Source: Sphyrna mokarran (lineage: Eukaryota). From it: a stretch of 64,000 nucleotides of DNA. The position numbers and the translations under genes are program-made. A model generated the notes under the pieces. That model was not told where the DNA came from and ran no database searches. It saw only the letters and a list, made by a program, of their open reading frames with translations. This document shows positions 12,771 to 25,472 of the stretch, piece by piece; position 1 is the stretch's first letter; each line of letters opens with the position of its first letter. The DNA is taken from positions 16,492,001 to 16,556,000 of the forward strand of contig JAGIQG010000020.1 of the NCBI GenBank assembly GCA_024679065.1. Direction: 5' to 3'.

Positions 12771-13093
12771 AAGGGCACCATGACAGCTCAGTGACTATCG
12801 CTGTAGCTGTGCAGACACTTGGAATTGGGCCGGTGTCTGCGGGAGTTTGCGCGTTTTCCCCGTGGTTGCGTGGGTTTTCTCCGGGCGCTCCGGTTTCCTC
12901 CCACATCCCAAAAAATTCGCTCTTAGGCTGATTGGGAAACAAATTGTCCTTACATTGAGACTCTTCCATATTAGGAATAACCTAAAATTAGAATAGGATA
13001 ATGGAATTGTTACTATATAGTTATGACGGTGGCGCGGGCTCGTTGGGCTGAAGGGCCTGTTTCCCGTGCTGTGTTGCTCTAAAAAAAAATAAA
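12771..13093 (+). mobile_element. V-SINE-like segment with HER1/CR1 tail and A-rich end
   Basis: V-domain ggagtttgcgcgttttccccgtggttgcgtgggttttctccgggcgctccggtttcctcccacatccc; tail gggctgaagggcctgtttcccgtgctgtg; aaaaaaaaataaaa. Confidence 0.8.
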
Positions 13094-13097
13094 ACTC

Positions 13098-13232
13098 AAG
13101 CTCTGACACAGGCTCATCCAGACTCAAAACATTGGTTCTATTCTGTCTCCAAAGATGCTGTCAGATCTGCTGAGTTTCACCAGCATTTTCTATTTTTGTT
13201 TCAGATTCCAGCACCTACAGTATTTTGCCTTC
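13098..13232 (+). mobile_element. Penelope-type pLTR 3' fragment, HHR core mutated
   Basis: ctctgacacaggctcatccagactcaaaacattgg...agatgctgtcagatctgctgagttt..cagcattttc; homologous to 38575 and 63620. Confidence 0.65.
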
Positions 13233-15683
13233 ATCTCTTCAACAGTTTGGACAGGAAGCAAACATATTTTCAACATTGTGCACTAAAAACCTGGTGATCC
13301 AGTAATAAATACGAATATTGGTTTCTCTTGCTAAATTTTTTTCTTGATACTTCAACATCGTATAATTGTACCAAAAACAACCTGGAGGTCTGTTAAGAAC
13401 GTTGCACGATTCCCCAACCTGGTAGCATATAGCAATGGTGTTGTATTGACTATGACCTGATGTGTCCTTTGCTGAAGAGATCAGACACTGCATACTTTGT
13501 TCCTTTATTGAACAATTATGCAATTCCTCTAAGAAAGGTACAGCATAGTGAAATATAATACAGCCTTCTGGCGGCTTTCCCCCACCTCCTCCTAAACCAG
13601 CTACTGCTTTTAATAGTGTATTATAGCTAATTATTTGGATTAAGAATCTGAAGTTCATTCAAACGCCAATGCTCGTTCCGCAAAGGCATTTGAATTAGAA
13701 AAGCCAGCTGTTAATATTTGTTAATAGCGAAATTTATAGACACGTGGAATTTACAGTTGAAATAGAAGAGCTGATTATTGGAAATAGGATACTGCAGCTT
13801 TCAAGGTGTGAGTAACACTATCTCTCTCAGTTAATGTTTTAATACAATTAAAAACATGGGATATCGATCAAAGAGGCATTAGTAAAGTGGTTTAGTAGTG
13901 TATATTATGATAAGTAAACCAAAGCTGTACTGACTGCAGCTGCAGAGAGCCTCAATCAGTCAGTCATCCTATCAGGTAGATTATATATGATAGCGTGGTG
14001 AGGGGGTTGGGACAAGTAACAAGCAAAACATTTACAAATCTTAATAGCACTTAAAGATTAAATTGAATTATTAACTGCATCCACCCCTTTCTTCTATTAA
14101 TAATAATTGAGTGAATAAAATCTAACAATTGCATTGGAGAAGTCCAGAAGATCATAAGGTATTTCCCATCATTAGTTTAACAAAACCTGCACAACTTTTA
14201 AGAATAAATTTCTTTTCAGATGAAAAATAGGATTAACGGTAATTATAGTTCAGTACAATCAGATCACAATGCTCCTGACTTTTAAGGCATCTGTAATTAT
14301 ATATGAATGCAATCAAAAATTACGCAAGTGTGATCAAAACATCTTTTTCATAAATATATTATAAATCATTTAAGTCTGAGCTGATTTATTGTACAGTTTT
14401 TACACCTTCTCCGTGGAGAGAATACTGGGACGTCTCAGGGTTCCACTATGAATTGAATCTCTTGGCCTGTAGCCTTGTTGTCCTACAGCACAGTAGGATA
14501 ACAGTCCATGACTGCTATTTTCATAGTGAAAGTTAGAAAAGTATTTTAGAAACACGCAAAACTGAACATGGTATTTAAGCATAATCACACAATGAAACCA
14601 AAGTAATGTAACAGTCATTTTCCGCTTGCCAAGAAAGTAACTGCAACAGGAATTTTATCAGAATAAAAATGTGTACTGGCATTTAGGAATCTACAACATG
14701 CATTATTAATCAATAGTGCAATGCCACTTGGGAAATTTGCTTAAATAAAGTAACCAGGAGTGTAGGGAAAGAACAGTGCATCACATTTGAGGGTTGAATC
14801 AAATATAACCTAGACAGATGGGATAAAGATCTTTTACCTTGATTGCTGCAAGGGATTTCTGGTGAAAGATTCAAGTCATTTCAATTCCAGTTCTCATGGA
14901 CAGTAGTTTTTGCACTGGCCACACACTCAGCAAGAAAATGTGAAATAAGTGGTGCAATTGTACCTAAGAGTATTTAATCACAAATTAACTTTTTTTGTAG
15001 CTCATGAATACACTGTTTTGTTCTGAAGAATTTTTGCTTTATATTCTTTTACAGATTGCTACATTACAAAAGACATTGCAGCATACATACTGATTTATAG
15101 GTTATACAGTCATTGCAGATACATTGAAAGTCCCATAAATCCATTTAGTTCTTCACATTATGGCAGGAACAATAACTGGCAAGTGAAGGGTCATTCTTGT
15201 CAGAGGATTCATGATACATGAGGCAAGAGGGAGAGTTAGCACTGGGCACTGGCAGGTGGTAATGCTTGGACTTTGTTGTGGTGAAGTCAAACAATTTTAT
15301 TCCTCAAGGAGAGGCCTAGAGTGACCTTTGGTTTTAAGAGAGAGCAGAGAACGTGTATGGATATTTCCAAGCATTACCTAGTTATAAGTGCAGTTAATGC
15401 ATAATTTATTTTGCTTCGTGGATGACCTATAGTTTCTTTTTGTTTAGAGGGTTTCTGAATAGCCCTAGGTTTGAAAGATATGTTGTCTTTCTGCTTCAAG
15501 TGAAACCTTATTAACATAGATTTGATTCCTTGCCCAGATATCAGTGAGTCAGGCAGATATGGTATTGGGTCTTGTGGATTGTCTTCAGGACTTAAGTTAA
15601 ATTCTCCTAACTAATCTAGGATCAACTTGGAAAACAAGTACATGGTTTCTTTTCTCTACAACATCAATCTTGTCAAAGTAGGT

Positions 15684-15766
15684 AGTCTCACATCACCAGG
15701 TTAAAGTCCAACAGGTTTATCTGGTCGCATGAGTTTTGGAGCACTGCTTATTCATCAAGTGAAGGA
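15684..15766 (-). mobile_element. Penelope-type pLTR fragment, HHR core mutated
   Basis: caccaggttaaagtccaacaggtttat...ggagcactgcttattcatcaagtga; same family as 6120-6310. Confidence 0.65.
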
Positions 15767-16996
15767 GTTTGAGATTATTTGTTTTGCTGCTTCCTACCCA
15801 CTCTCACACTGTTCTCCTATGTAGCTGTTGCCACCCAGTTCTGTTTCCAGCGCTTCCCTCAGTGTCAACATCATCACTCAAATGCTAGATTATTTGTCTG
15901 ACAATGTGCCCAGCCTGAACCAGACTATAAAATCATAGCATTCTACTTGATACTTTATGCTGTTTCTCTTTTAATGTTTAAAAAGCAGCTTTTGACAACC
16001 AAAGTGTGAATGAAATGGCTACAATTCAGAATGCTATAGCATAGCATCCTGAATTATGAATAACTGGGAAGACAAAAGCTTGCACTGAAGTTAACTTCAT
16101 AGCAATTATAATTCTATTCGGGAAAAGCTACACATTTAGAGCAAGAATAAAAGTTTCTTGAGACATGACCAATTTACAACTCCCAAATGAGCTTCAGCAT
16201 TAGTTTTAGTTATAGTCATAATGAGAATTATAAAACATTAGCCACCTCAGAGTAGGTGATTGATAGGTGAAAAATGCTTTAAGTAGCAGAGCCCATTTCT
16301 CCTTCCTAAAGCTGACCAAACAAGCCATTCATTTTACTTGCCCTGTCTGATAATGTAAATTATTCATGCATATATGGCACTTAGAAAAGTGTATCAAATC
16401 TATAAAATGTTACACTATGAAACTCCTTTATTGAAATATTGTTTTGATCTACATGCATAATACACAAAGGAATTAGTTATAAGCTTTAATTCATGTTTTT
16501 GAGTGACAACTTATTTTAGACACTTTACCTTGGCCGCAGCACATTGAATCAGTGCCAACATTCACTTGCATTAGACAGTTCAATGTTCAACAGGCCATAG
16601 TTCCCATTTGGTAAGCTTCTTAAAAGTAAAACTATTTTACAACTTGTTAGGTTGTACTTTTAAATCTCAATCAAGCATGACACATCAGTGATACAAAGGA
16701 ATTAGAAACATTTTGTGTTTAAAGAATTGGGCATATGCTGAGTGCATAAAACACAACAGTAAATATGCACACTGTGACTATCTCCTATAAAAAATGCTAT
16801 TGGATAAGCCTGCCTTGCAATTGCATTCCATACTTCTGACTAGTGGGTAACAGTTTTGACATGAATACATGTCCAAATGAACATTTTGAGACAAAGAAAT
16901 CAGACAAGTCAGACAATGGCTGATGTGATTTGCATGCAATGCACCTCAAAATCTGATATTTTACAACTGAACAGTTATCACTGAGTTTACATTAGA

Positions 16997-17318
16997 AATG
17001 GGAAGTCCAGAAGTAGGGGTCATAATTTGAGGATAAGGAGTAAATCTTTTAGGACTGAGGTGAGGAGAAATTTCTTCACTCAGAGTGGTGAACCTGTGGC
17101 ATTCGCTACCATAAAAAGTAGTTGAGGCTGAAACACTGTGTGATTTCAATAAGAAATTAGATGTAGCTCTTGGGGTTAAAGGGATCAAGGGATGTGGGGG
17201 GTGTGGGGGATCAGGATATTGAATTTTATGATCAGCCATGATCAAAATGAATGACAGAACAGGTTTGAAGGGCTGAATGCCTAGTTCTGCTTCTGTTTTC
17301 TATCTTTCTGTGTTTCTA
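16997..17318 (+). mobile_element. CR1 LINE 3' end
   Basis: SRSRGHNLRIR..FRTEVRRNFFTQ motif plus gaagggctgaatgcctagttctgcttctg tail. Confidence 0.85.
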
Positions 17319-17324
17319 TTTAAG

Positions 17325-17745
17325 TATCACATGAGTACAGAGAATGTAAAAGCAAGGAATATTGGTATAAAATTTTGATGTGTCTCAAATGGATACTGTG
17401 TCCACTCCTGAACACCATGACATTATTAAGGATATGAAGGTATTGGACAGAATGCAATAAGATTTGTAAGAATGGTTCCAGGGATGAGGAACTTCAGTTA
17501 CTTTCGTAAATTAGAGAGGTTGAAACTTGGAGAACAGAAGGTTAAGAAGAGATTTGGTGGAGGTATTCGAATTCATCAAGGCTCTGGACAGCGTCCTTAG
17601 GGATAAACTGTTCCCATTGGAGGAAGAGTCTAGAACTAGAGGACCCCAATTCAAGGCTAATGACAAAAGAACCAAAAGTGACGCAAGGATAAACTTTTTT
17701 TTTTACGCAGTGAGTGGTTAGAATCTGGAGTGCACAGCCCGAGAG
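17325..17745 (+). mobile_element. CR1 LINE ORF2 C-terminal fragment, decayed
   Basis: RRLRRDLVEVFEFIK...SRTRG in the ORF track (17527-17721). Confidence 0.8.
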
Positions 17746-18264
17746 TCAATTGAAATGTGGGGACTGTTACAGCATCATGATGTCATTGTCAACAAGAGGA
17801 AACAATGATAAAGCTCTCAAAATAGAAAATATCATGAGTGCTCAGCTGGGGAAATTTTATTTTAAAATAGATTAAGTAAATGTTGAAGCTCATAAGAGGA
17901 CAATGTTAGATGACAATGTTATCTGGCATGAGAGACTTGAATTGGCAAGAAAGCAAGGTACACTAATGTGCTGCTGGTGGCACTGCTGACGTCAATGGTA
18001 AGTTAGTCCCACTACTACTGGTGGCATCAGTATCTATTGTAACAATACTAGAGATACCAATACCTCAAGATGTTGGAAAATTCAATGCCTTCTTCAACAC
18101 TATTGGAGTCACCAATACCCACGTTAGCAATTGTATACTGATTAGTACATTCAAACAATAAATGGAAACAATAAAATAAAGTCAATAAACAAAAGGTACA
18201 AGCATCTATCAAGTATAAACTGGAACTCAAGTAATTGCATTTTTGGGACTAAATACTTACACAG

Positions 18265-18487
18265 TCAATGAACAAGCTGCCAGAGGTAGTAACAGAGGTG
18301 GGTACAATTGTGTCTTTTGAAAAGCATTTGGAAATAAGCATTTAGACATCTTATATGGGTAAGTTGGGTGTTGAGAAATGGGCCAAAAAGGGCAACTGGG
18401 ACTAGCTCAATGGTTAAAAAAAGGGCAGCATGGACAAGTTGGGCTGAAGGGCCTGTTTCCATGCTACAAAGCTCTATGACTATGACG
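18265..18487 (+). mobile_element. CR1 (HER1-like) 3' end
   Basis: catggacaagttgggctgaagggcctgtttccatgct...ctatgactatgac. Confidence 0.8.
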
Positions 18488-18899
18488 CTACCCTGAAGAT
18501 GTATATCAGCAAAACTCTCCAGTAAGCCCTTGGTAATCAACTTAATTCTGTATTTTCTAACAATAAACTAAGATGAAACAGAATAAGTATTGTCTCTGGT
18601 TAGAACAAGGAGAAGACAAATGGTATCCACTAGGAGGATAAACGAGACCTGTTCGGATGAAACATTTAATATAAAAGCAGGCAAGACTGGAATTTAAACA
18701 ATGTTCTGTGTATGTTATCAACAATGTACAAGGTGAGACTTTTGTGATTTGGAAGAGTACTTTATTAAGAGTTGCTGAGATAGTACTTCCTCTGAATGCT
18801 TGAATAAATGATTGTGGCCTGTACCTGAGTCTTCCACGATCAGCGTGTACAAGTCAATCACAATATCATCAACAAATAAACTTAAAAAAAAAAGGAAGT

Positions 18900-19110
18900 G
18901 GAGGCAACGTGACAGGACTGTGATACGTGGAACAGTGTGGACAGTGATACCGTCCTGGACTTTCACATCTGCTATAACTGCCTCAAGTCTTAAGTGACTT
19001 CAATTCTTTGAGTCTTTGAGGTGGAATATATGTTTAAGACACTTCATCACATAAGAGAGGAGGAAGAACTTTTGAACTAATTCCTGCCAGAAAACAGTTC
19101 TGATTCAGAG
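18900..19110 (+). mobile_element. CR1 ORF1 N-terminal remnant
   Basis: CDTW...FHICYNC and EVEYMFKTLHHIREEEELL resemble the CR1 ORF1 Cys-cluster/leucine-zipper region. Confidence 0.45.
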
Positions 19111-19189
19111 GAGAACACAAATGCAGGAAGGGGTATGTGTGACTACTTAGCCAAAAGGATAAAAGGAACCAAGGGGAGATGGAGAAACA

Positions 19190-20045
19190 GAACCTGCAGT
19201 TTGGGTTCTGCTGAGATCATTTAGTTCCAGACCTCATTACCACCAAACATGGACAACAGAATTGAATTCAAGAGCAGAAATGAGAGTGACTACCCCGATA
19301 TCAAGGCAGCATTTGACCAAATATTGCATCAAGGAGTCCAAGCAGGGGAATAGATTCCACTTATTGGATTCTTACCTAGCCCAAAGGCAGATAGCTGTGA
19401 TTACTGGAACTGATTCCCTCAGGCCCAGGGCAGCACTGTAAACTCAAATGTGTTACCTTTGTTGTATCCCCCACCTTCAACATGTTAGGGGTTAGCATTG
19501 TCCGGAAACTTAACTGGATCAGCAAAACCGATACGATGGCTACAAGAGCAGAGCAAAGGCTGAGAATTCTCTAGCAAATAACTTACTCCTGGCTCTATGA
19601 GTCTGTTAGCATCTATAGTAGGCGTGATGGAATACACTCCGCTTGCCTGAATATGTCTAATTTTGACAACATTCAAGAAGCTCAGCACCATCCAGGACGA
19701 AACAGTTCACTTGATTGGCATCTCATACAGTGGCAGCAATGTGTAATATCTACAAGATGCACTACAGCAACTTGCCAAGTCTTCTTCAACAACACCTTCT
19801 AAAGCCACAATTTCTGTCAAATAGAAGGATAAAAGCATTAGACATTTGGGAACACCTGCAAGTTTCCCTCCAAGGCAATCATCACTTGGGCTTGTAATTA
19901 TATTGCCATTCCTTCAAGATGGCTGGGTGAAAAACCTGGAACTCCCTTTCTAGCTGCACTGTGGCATACCTACACCACATAGACTGCAGCAGTTCAGTAA
20001 GGAGGCTCAGCATTACTTTGAGATTTAGGGATGGTCAATAAATGC
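19190..20045 (+). mobile_element. CR1/L2-group LINE RT-to-tail remnant (same family as 56790-58682)
   Basis: QFGF...DIKAAFD RT motifs; tail tagggatggtcaataaatgc. Confidence 0.75.
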
Positions 20046-20415
20046 CTAAAATTATAGGTAATGGTTTCTTGTTTACTCTGCCCATTAGACTAAATGCTCA
20101 GCCCACATCTCACTTAAATAAGCCAGAAATACATGCCATTAAGCAGAAAACTGTATGTTTCCTCAGCTATCAGGTAACAATATGCTTTATAGCTTATTTA
20201 CATATCATTTTTTGTGCATCTTTATTATGTCTACTTGCCCACCACAGGAACATAATCAAAGTTCATGCAACTGAAACTGAAATAACCAGTTCTTTTTATT
20301 ATAAACTTACAATCAAAATTGCTAGAACTCATCAAATATTATTTCTCCTTAGTAATGGAATACTCAACAAAACAATGCTATTCCTCTATTTGTAGTAAAT
20401 ATAAAATTACTCATG

Positions 20416-20640
20416 ATAGTCTTGTAGCACAGTGGGTAGTGTCTTTGCTTCTAAGCAAGAAAGTTTGAGTCCCACCCAAGACTTGATGGTTTAGGAAGGT
20501 GTATTCATAATGTGGCCAAGCAGGTTGAGTATTAATCTGCAACTTCTTCCAATTGTAAGTGGTAAGAGCAGAACAGATTTCTGCCCAGCCATGTAACCAT
20601 CACTAACCATAGCTTAGGCACCTAACAGCCATATCAACTT
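20416..20640 (+). mobile_element. Probable tRNA-derived SINE
   Basis: A-box-like tagcacagtgg and B-box-like gtttgagtccc. Confidence 0.4.
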
Positions 20641-21877
20641 GGACTTGGGGTGAAATGTAACACACCAGCACGCAACTATTCAGAAATCAAAGGACTGTTT
20701 CAGTCTGATTTACAAATCTAATACAATGCAACTGTTTTAAAGTAACTGAGGTGACTAAGATTGATTATTCTATCATAACTAGACAGGTCTCTGCTGTCAA
20801 ATTTGAAAAGTGAAAGTGCTGAATATGGAATGTAAGGATAACTAGCTTTTCTTGTTTCGTTATATACTAATTTAAAAAAAAGCTTTGTATGTATGCTTTA
20901 AGATGATTGTGTCACTTATTTGCAATTGCATAAAATGGTCATCTTTCTGAATAAATGGAACAAAGTTCTGTACTTTTATAATCTCTAATAGGCATTTTCA
21001 TTCCATGCAATTGTAGCTGTGCAAGCAATATCACAGAAGAAGTGACAAATGAGGTAATGTGCAGAGATTTGTTCTGGTGATTGAACTGTTTATTTATGTG
21101 TGACATTAAAGACTTTTTTTTTAAGGCAGCTAAGGGGATTAGGAGAGGGCTTTTAATTTTTTTTAAAGCTTCCTTGAGTCCATCATCAGCAAACCCATCC
21201 TATTGTATAAAAAACTGTTGCAATAAGTTTATAACATTCAGTTCTATGATTGTAAAACCAGTCTTCTCTTTTCTATTGTTGTTCTGCACACATATTTGAA
21301 TAATTAACAAATGGAAACTGGCCCATTTATATTTATTGTAAGAATCTTCTACCAAATGCATAAATAATAAGTTTTAATAAAATACTAATTGTAAAAAACA
21401 TTATCACATGAAAACTTGGAATAGTACTACAACAAATCATAATAAACAATTCCACCTTATGATGCTTAGCTGAGATTAATATTTCTACAAACTTCAGCTG
21501 ATCACATACTAGTCCACAAATGTCTATGCCAAGCTGATCACATCGAAGTCCATCAAGCATGCATTTGTCACTTTGGCACCGAGGAAAATGGTGACTAGAA
21601 TCAATCTAAATTGTGCTGCCACCTTTGGGCGAATTATCACCCCATAGAAGTTGGATGAAATGGACGGCATTGTAATTTTGAACCAGGATTCTGTAATTAT
21701 ATAAATCCTTGAAAAGGAAGTTCTTCTTAACTGGAATTGAAAGGGGCATTGTTGCATATGCCCAAACTCCAAGTTTGACTCGATCTATTTACATGCTGCT
21801 GACCACGTTAAAACCAGTAGGATCAATTGACTACTGTTGCTGTCAATTGACTACTTCAAACAGCAAAGTACAATATA

Positions 21878-21980
21878 TTTGATTTGATTTATTGTCACAC
21901 GCATTAGTATATAGAGTAAAAAGTATTATTTCTTGCACGCTATACAGACAAAGCATATCGTACATAGAGAAGGAGAGAGT
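21878..21980 (-). mobile_element. Rex1/Babar-like 3' end
   Basis: tttgatttgatttattgtcacacgcattagtat...; same family as 5061. Confidence 0.55.
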
Positions 21981-23565
21981 CAAAATAAGTGAACTTTAAA
22001 AATTGTTTAAAGGAGTGTGGCTATCACATACTTGGCAGATAATTTTAGCGAAGCTTTGAAAGGAGTGCAGTTATGCAATTAGAGCAAAAATAGCACTCTT
22101 TTGCAAATTGAATTTGGCATTACAGACTGATCATTTTGCAGAGTAGTCATAGAAAATAAACACAAAATAAAGAGTATACTGTGATAGACTTGAGCCTGCT
22201 GCAGTTAGAATACTCCCTGAGAGGCATTGCATAGTATTGAAATCTTGAAGCTGGCTATTCCTGGAATAAAGATTATCCAGAAACGTAACTGACACACTGA
22301 TGATCCTTCATAGGCATCCAATCATTGGCATTTCCTATCCTGGCTTTGAATTTGTAATTTTTGACTATCAGGCAGTTTAGGTTTTAAATAGCACATACAA
22401 TATGATAGCTGCTTATATAAAAAAAAATTGGAACATTGAAATACTTCATACGAAGTGCAAATTTAGGAAAAGAGCAATTGAGATTGTCATTATTGTTAGG
22501 AGGGAGGCTGATCAGAGATCCACTACTTAAGTGTAGTTGATGGGTCTGCAATGACTCTTTGAAGTATCACCCAGGGAGCAAAAATTATGAAATAATTCAT
22601 ACAGTAAATGGTGAGGAAGAAAAACAAAGCAACTTGCACATGAATAATGCATGGAAAATTGAAGAGCAGTTTTACTCTTACTTTAAATGATGTAATCTTT
22701 GAACAGAAGCCAAATCATCTATCTGTTAAGTTTGCAGCAGACCCATCTGATCATGCTCCAGTGTACTAGTGCCGAGCAAGATATTTATTTTAAGACTGAT
22801 CGCTAGTGCGGTCTGAGTTTTAATCTTGATCTAAGTATGTGAACTTGAAACTAATAAAAATGTTTCCAGTCACCTGAATAAACCTGTACCTTTTCAGTGG
22901 TGTTACATATTTCTAGCACATATGCCATTTCTTCTTGTTCAAAGGGGATGCATCTAGCTTCAAAATACATCATCTGACAGTGGGCTGCCTACCCTTTTAG
23001 GCAAAGGCTGGTGTAGAATATTGGGTAAACTAAAGAGGTGAATGAAATAAACAACAAAGAAACAAATAGGATAAAATAGAAAAACAAGGAAGGCAGAATT
23101 TCACTATGATAGATATATGTTATTCTTTCCAAAAATAAAAGGTACTTTTTTCTTCCTCAATGGCTTTTATGCTTTGCTCAGATTATTTCAAACAGAAAAT
23201 TAATTGTTCCATATTTGAATCAGTTTTCTCATTATGATGAAGACATTCGTTTTTAGAAAATAAATACAACCATGTGTGAAACAGAGTTAGTAAATATTGT
23301 GCTGCCTAGTGATCAAAGTGATGTCAGTGATTCCCTAATTTCTCCCTGTAGGGCGATCCAGGCACCTGCACCAACTTCACCCAGTGGCAGCTGGGTGAAA
23401 AAGAGCCATTTGATTGGATATGCAAATTTAAATGATCCAATCATATATTTAGAACAAATTTCTCAATCCAGTTAAATGGAACTATTCTGCAGCAACTATT
23501 AACATAACATCCTCACAAGATATGGAACAGATGATCCAATGTTTACCTATTTAAAAAAAAGAACG

Positions 23566-23901
23566 TCATAGAATCATAGAACCTACAGTGCAGAAAGAGG
23601 CCCTTTGGCCCATTGAGTCTGCACCGAACACAATCCCACCCAGGCCGTACCCCAATATCCTTACATATTATACCCACTAATCCCTCTAACCTACGCATCC
23701 CTATAATTTAAGGGGCAATTTCTTAGCATGGCCAATCAACCTAACTCACATATCTTTGGACTATGGGAAGAAACCGGAGTACCCGGAGGAAATCCATGCA
23801 GACACGAGAAGAATGTGCAAACACCACACAGATGGTGACCCGAGCCGGGAATCGAACCCAGGACCCTGGAGCTGTGAAGCAGCAGTGCTAGCGTGCTGCC
23901 C
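23566..23901 (-). mobile_element. Near full-length HE1 (V-SINE)
   Basis: B-box (rc of gggaatcgaaccc), V-domain ccggagtacccggaggaaatccatgcagac, tail tcatagaatcatagaacctacagtgcag. Confidence 0.9.
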
Positions 23902-25202
23902 AATGTACTCAGATTAAGAAAAATAATATGCTATGCAGTTAGATTAAACTTCAAAATCCATTTCTGAACTAAATTTGAAAGCCTATACTGCTGGATAGAA
24001 CTAGTCATAAATCTGCACAAAACTACTAAAGAAGAATGCAATGTAGAACCTTTTAATTAGTATATTTTCAAAATTTTCCATAAGTATTCTGTTAAATCCA
24101 ATATTAATATGTGGTGAAAGAATAAGTCTGAAACTGGTCTTTTACCCTAAGTTTATTCCCAGCTTCACATAGTGACAATCTCCGCTTTCCCACACCCAGT
24201 TGTTCCAGCTGTGTCCATTTATACTGTTTTGAAGGTTGAGGCAATGATTATCATCTGTCCTTAACAGCATAATTCATAATTGACTTAACAATGGAATTGC
24301 TAAAGGGTGCAATAGCTGATACACTGACATCCTAAACTTGGAAAAAGTACTTCTGCAATTGGTTCAAGCAACTGCAATTGGTTCAAGCAACTGCACTTAC
24401 AAATCTAAACTTCCCATAAAAATGCCAGTGATGGTAAGCATCTCTTTTTACTTGCATCAAAAGGCCAACTGTACATGATCTTAGATAGGAGTGTCACCCT
24501 ACCAGAGAATGCCCAAATTCATTTATATAGCTAAAGTTAAATATAATTGTAGAAATTGACATAATTCAGGATATCCTACTACATGGCCCTTCAATTTGAC
24601 GTCTGATTTCCATTTCCCATTACTCCAACTCTCTTCCTATTATTCACTTTTAACATTTTCAGGGAACTTTTCTAAACTCTAGCATATCTAAACAAATTAG
24701 AATGATGACTATATTCACAGCAGATTAAGTTATTGATTTACTGCCAATAATTAAAATAGAGTGGTTTATTGTATTTTTAATCCAATTCCCTGGTAGCTCT
24801 TGGTTTCCCATTAAAACAGTCTTGGTAGCATGCTCAGTTAAACAATTGAATGACTACTTCAATGTTGGATTAACACATGGGCCAGTATCCCAAACACCTT
24901 GGCCCTATGCACTAAGATACACTCTTAGTGTTTTCTTCTCCATTAAAGTTCATTGCTTCTAAACATTCAGCAAATGTGGCAAGATGCAAAACTATACTAC
25001 AATCAAGGTGCTAAATTAGGTTTTATATCAAGGAAGTTGATAGACAGAATTTGTGTAGTTCCTTCCAGTCCGTAAACAGAAAATTTTTGTGTAACCTGAA
25101 TATTTCCTTGTAAGTTTTCCCAATTTAAAATAAATTACAGCTGCAGGCTTTTTGATGATTCAAAAAGTAAAAATTATTTATTAATCACACACTTTCCACA
25201 CA

Positions 25203-25472
25203 TTTGATCTAATTTATTATTGTTACATGTATTACTATACAGTGAAAAGTATTGTTTCTTGCGTGCCATGCAGACAAAGGGCAGAGTGCAAAATGTAGTG
25301 TTACAGTCATAGCTAGGATGTAGAGAAAGGTCAACTTAATGTGAGGTAGGTCCATTCAAAAGTCTTGATGGCAGCAAGGAAGAAGTTCTTCTCGAGTCGG
25401 ATGGCATGTAACCTCAGACTTTGTATCTTTTTCCTGATGGAAGTAGATAGAAGAGAGAAAGCCCAGGATGTG
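25203..25472 (-). mobile_element. Rex1/Babar-like 3' end
   Basis: Longest copy of the family seen at 5061, 21878 and 42810. Confidence 0.55.

Noticed and set aside
24352-24396. 19-bp tandem duplication (ctgcaattggttcaagcaa)
   Set aside because: Only two units and no spacers; ordinary slippage, not a CRISPR-like or functional array.
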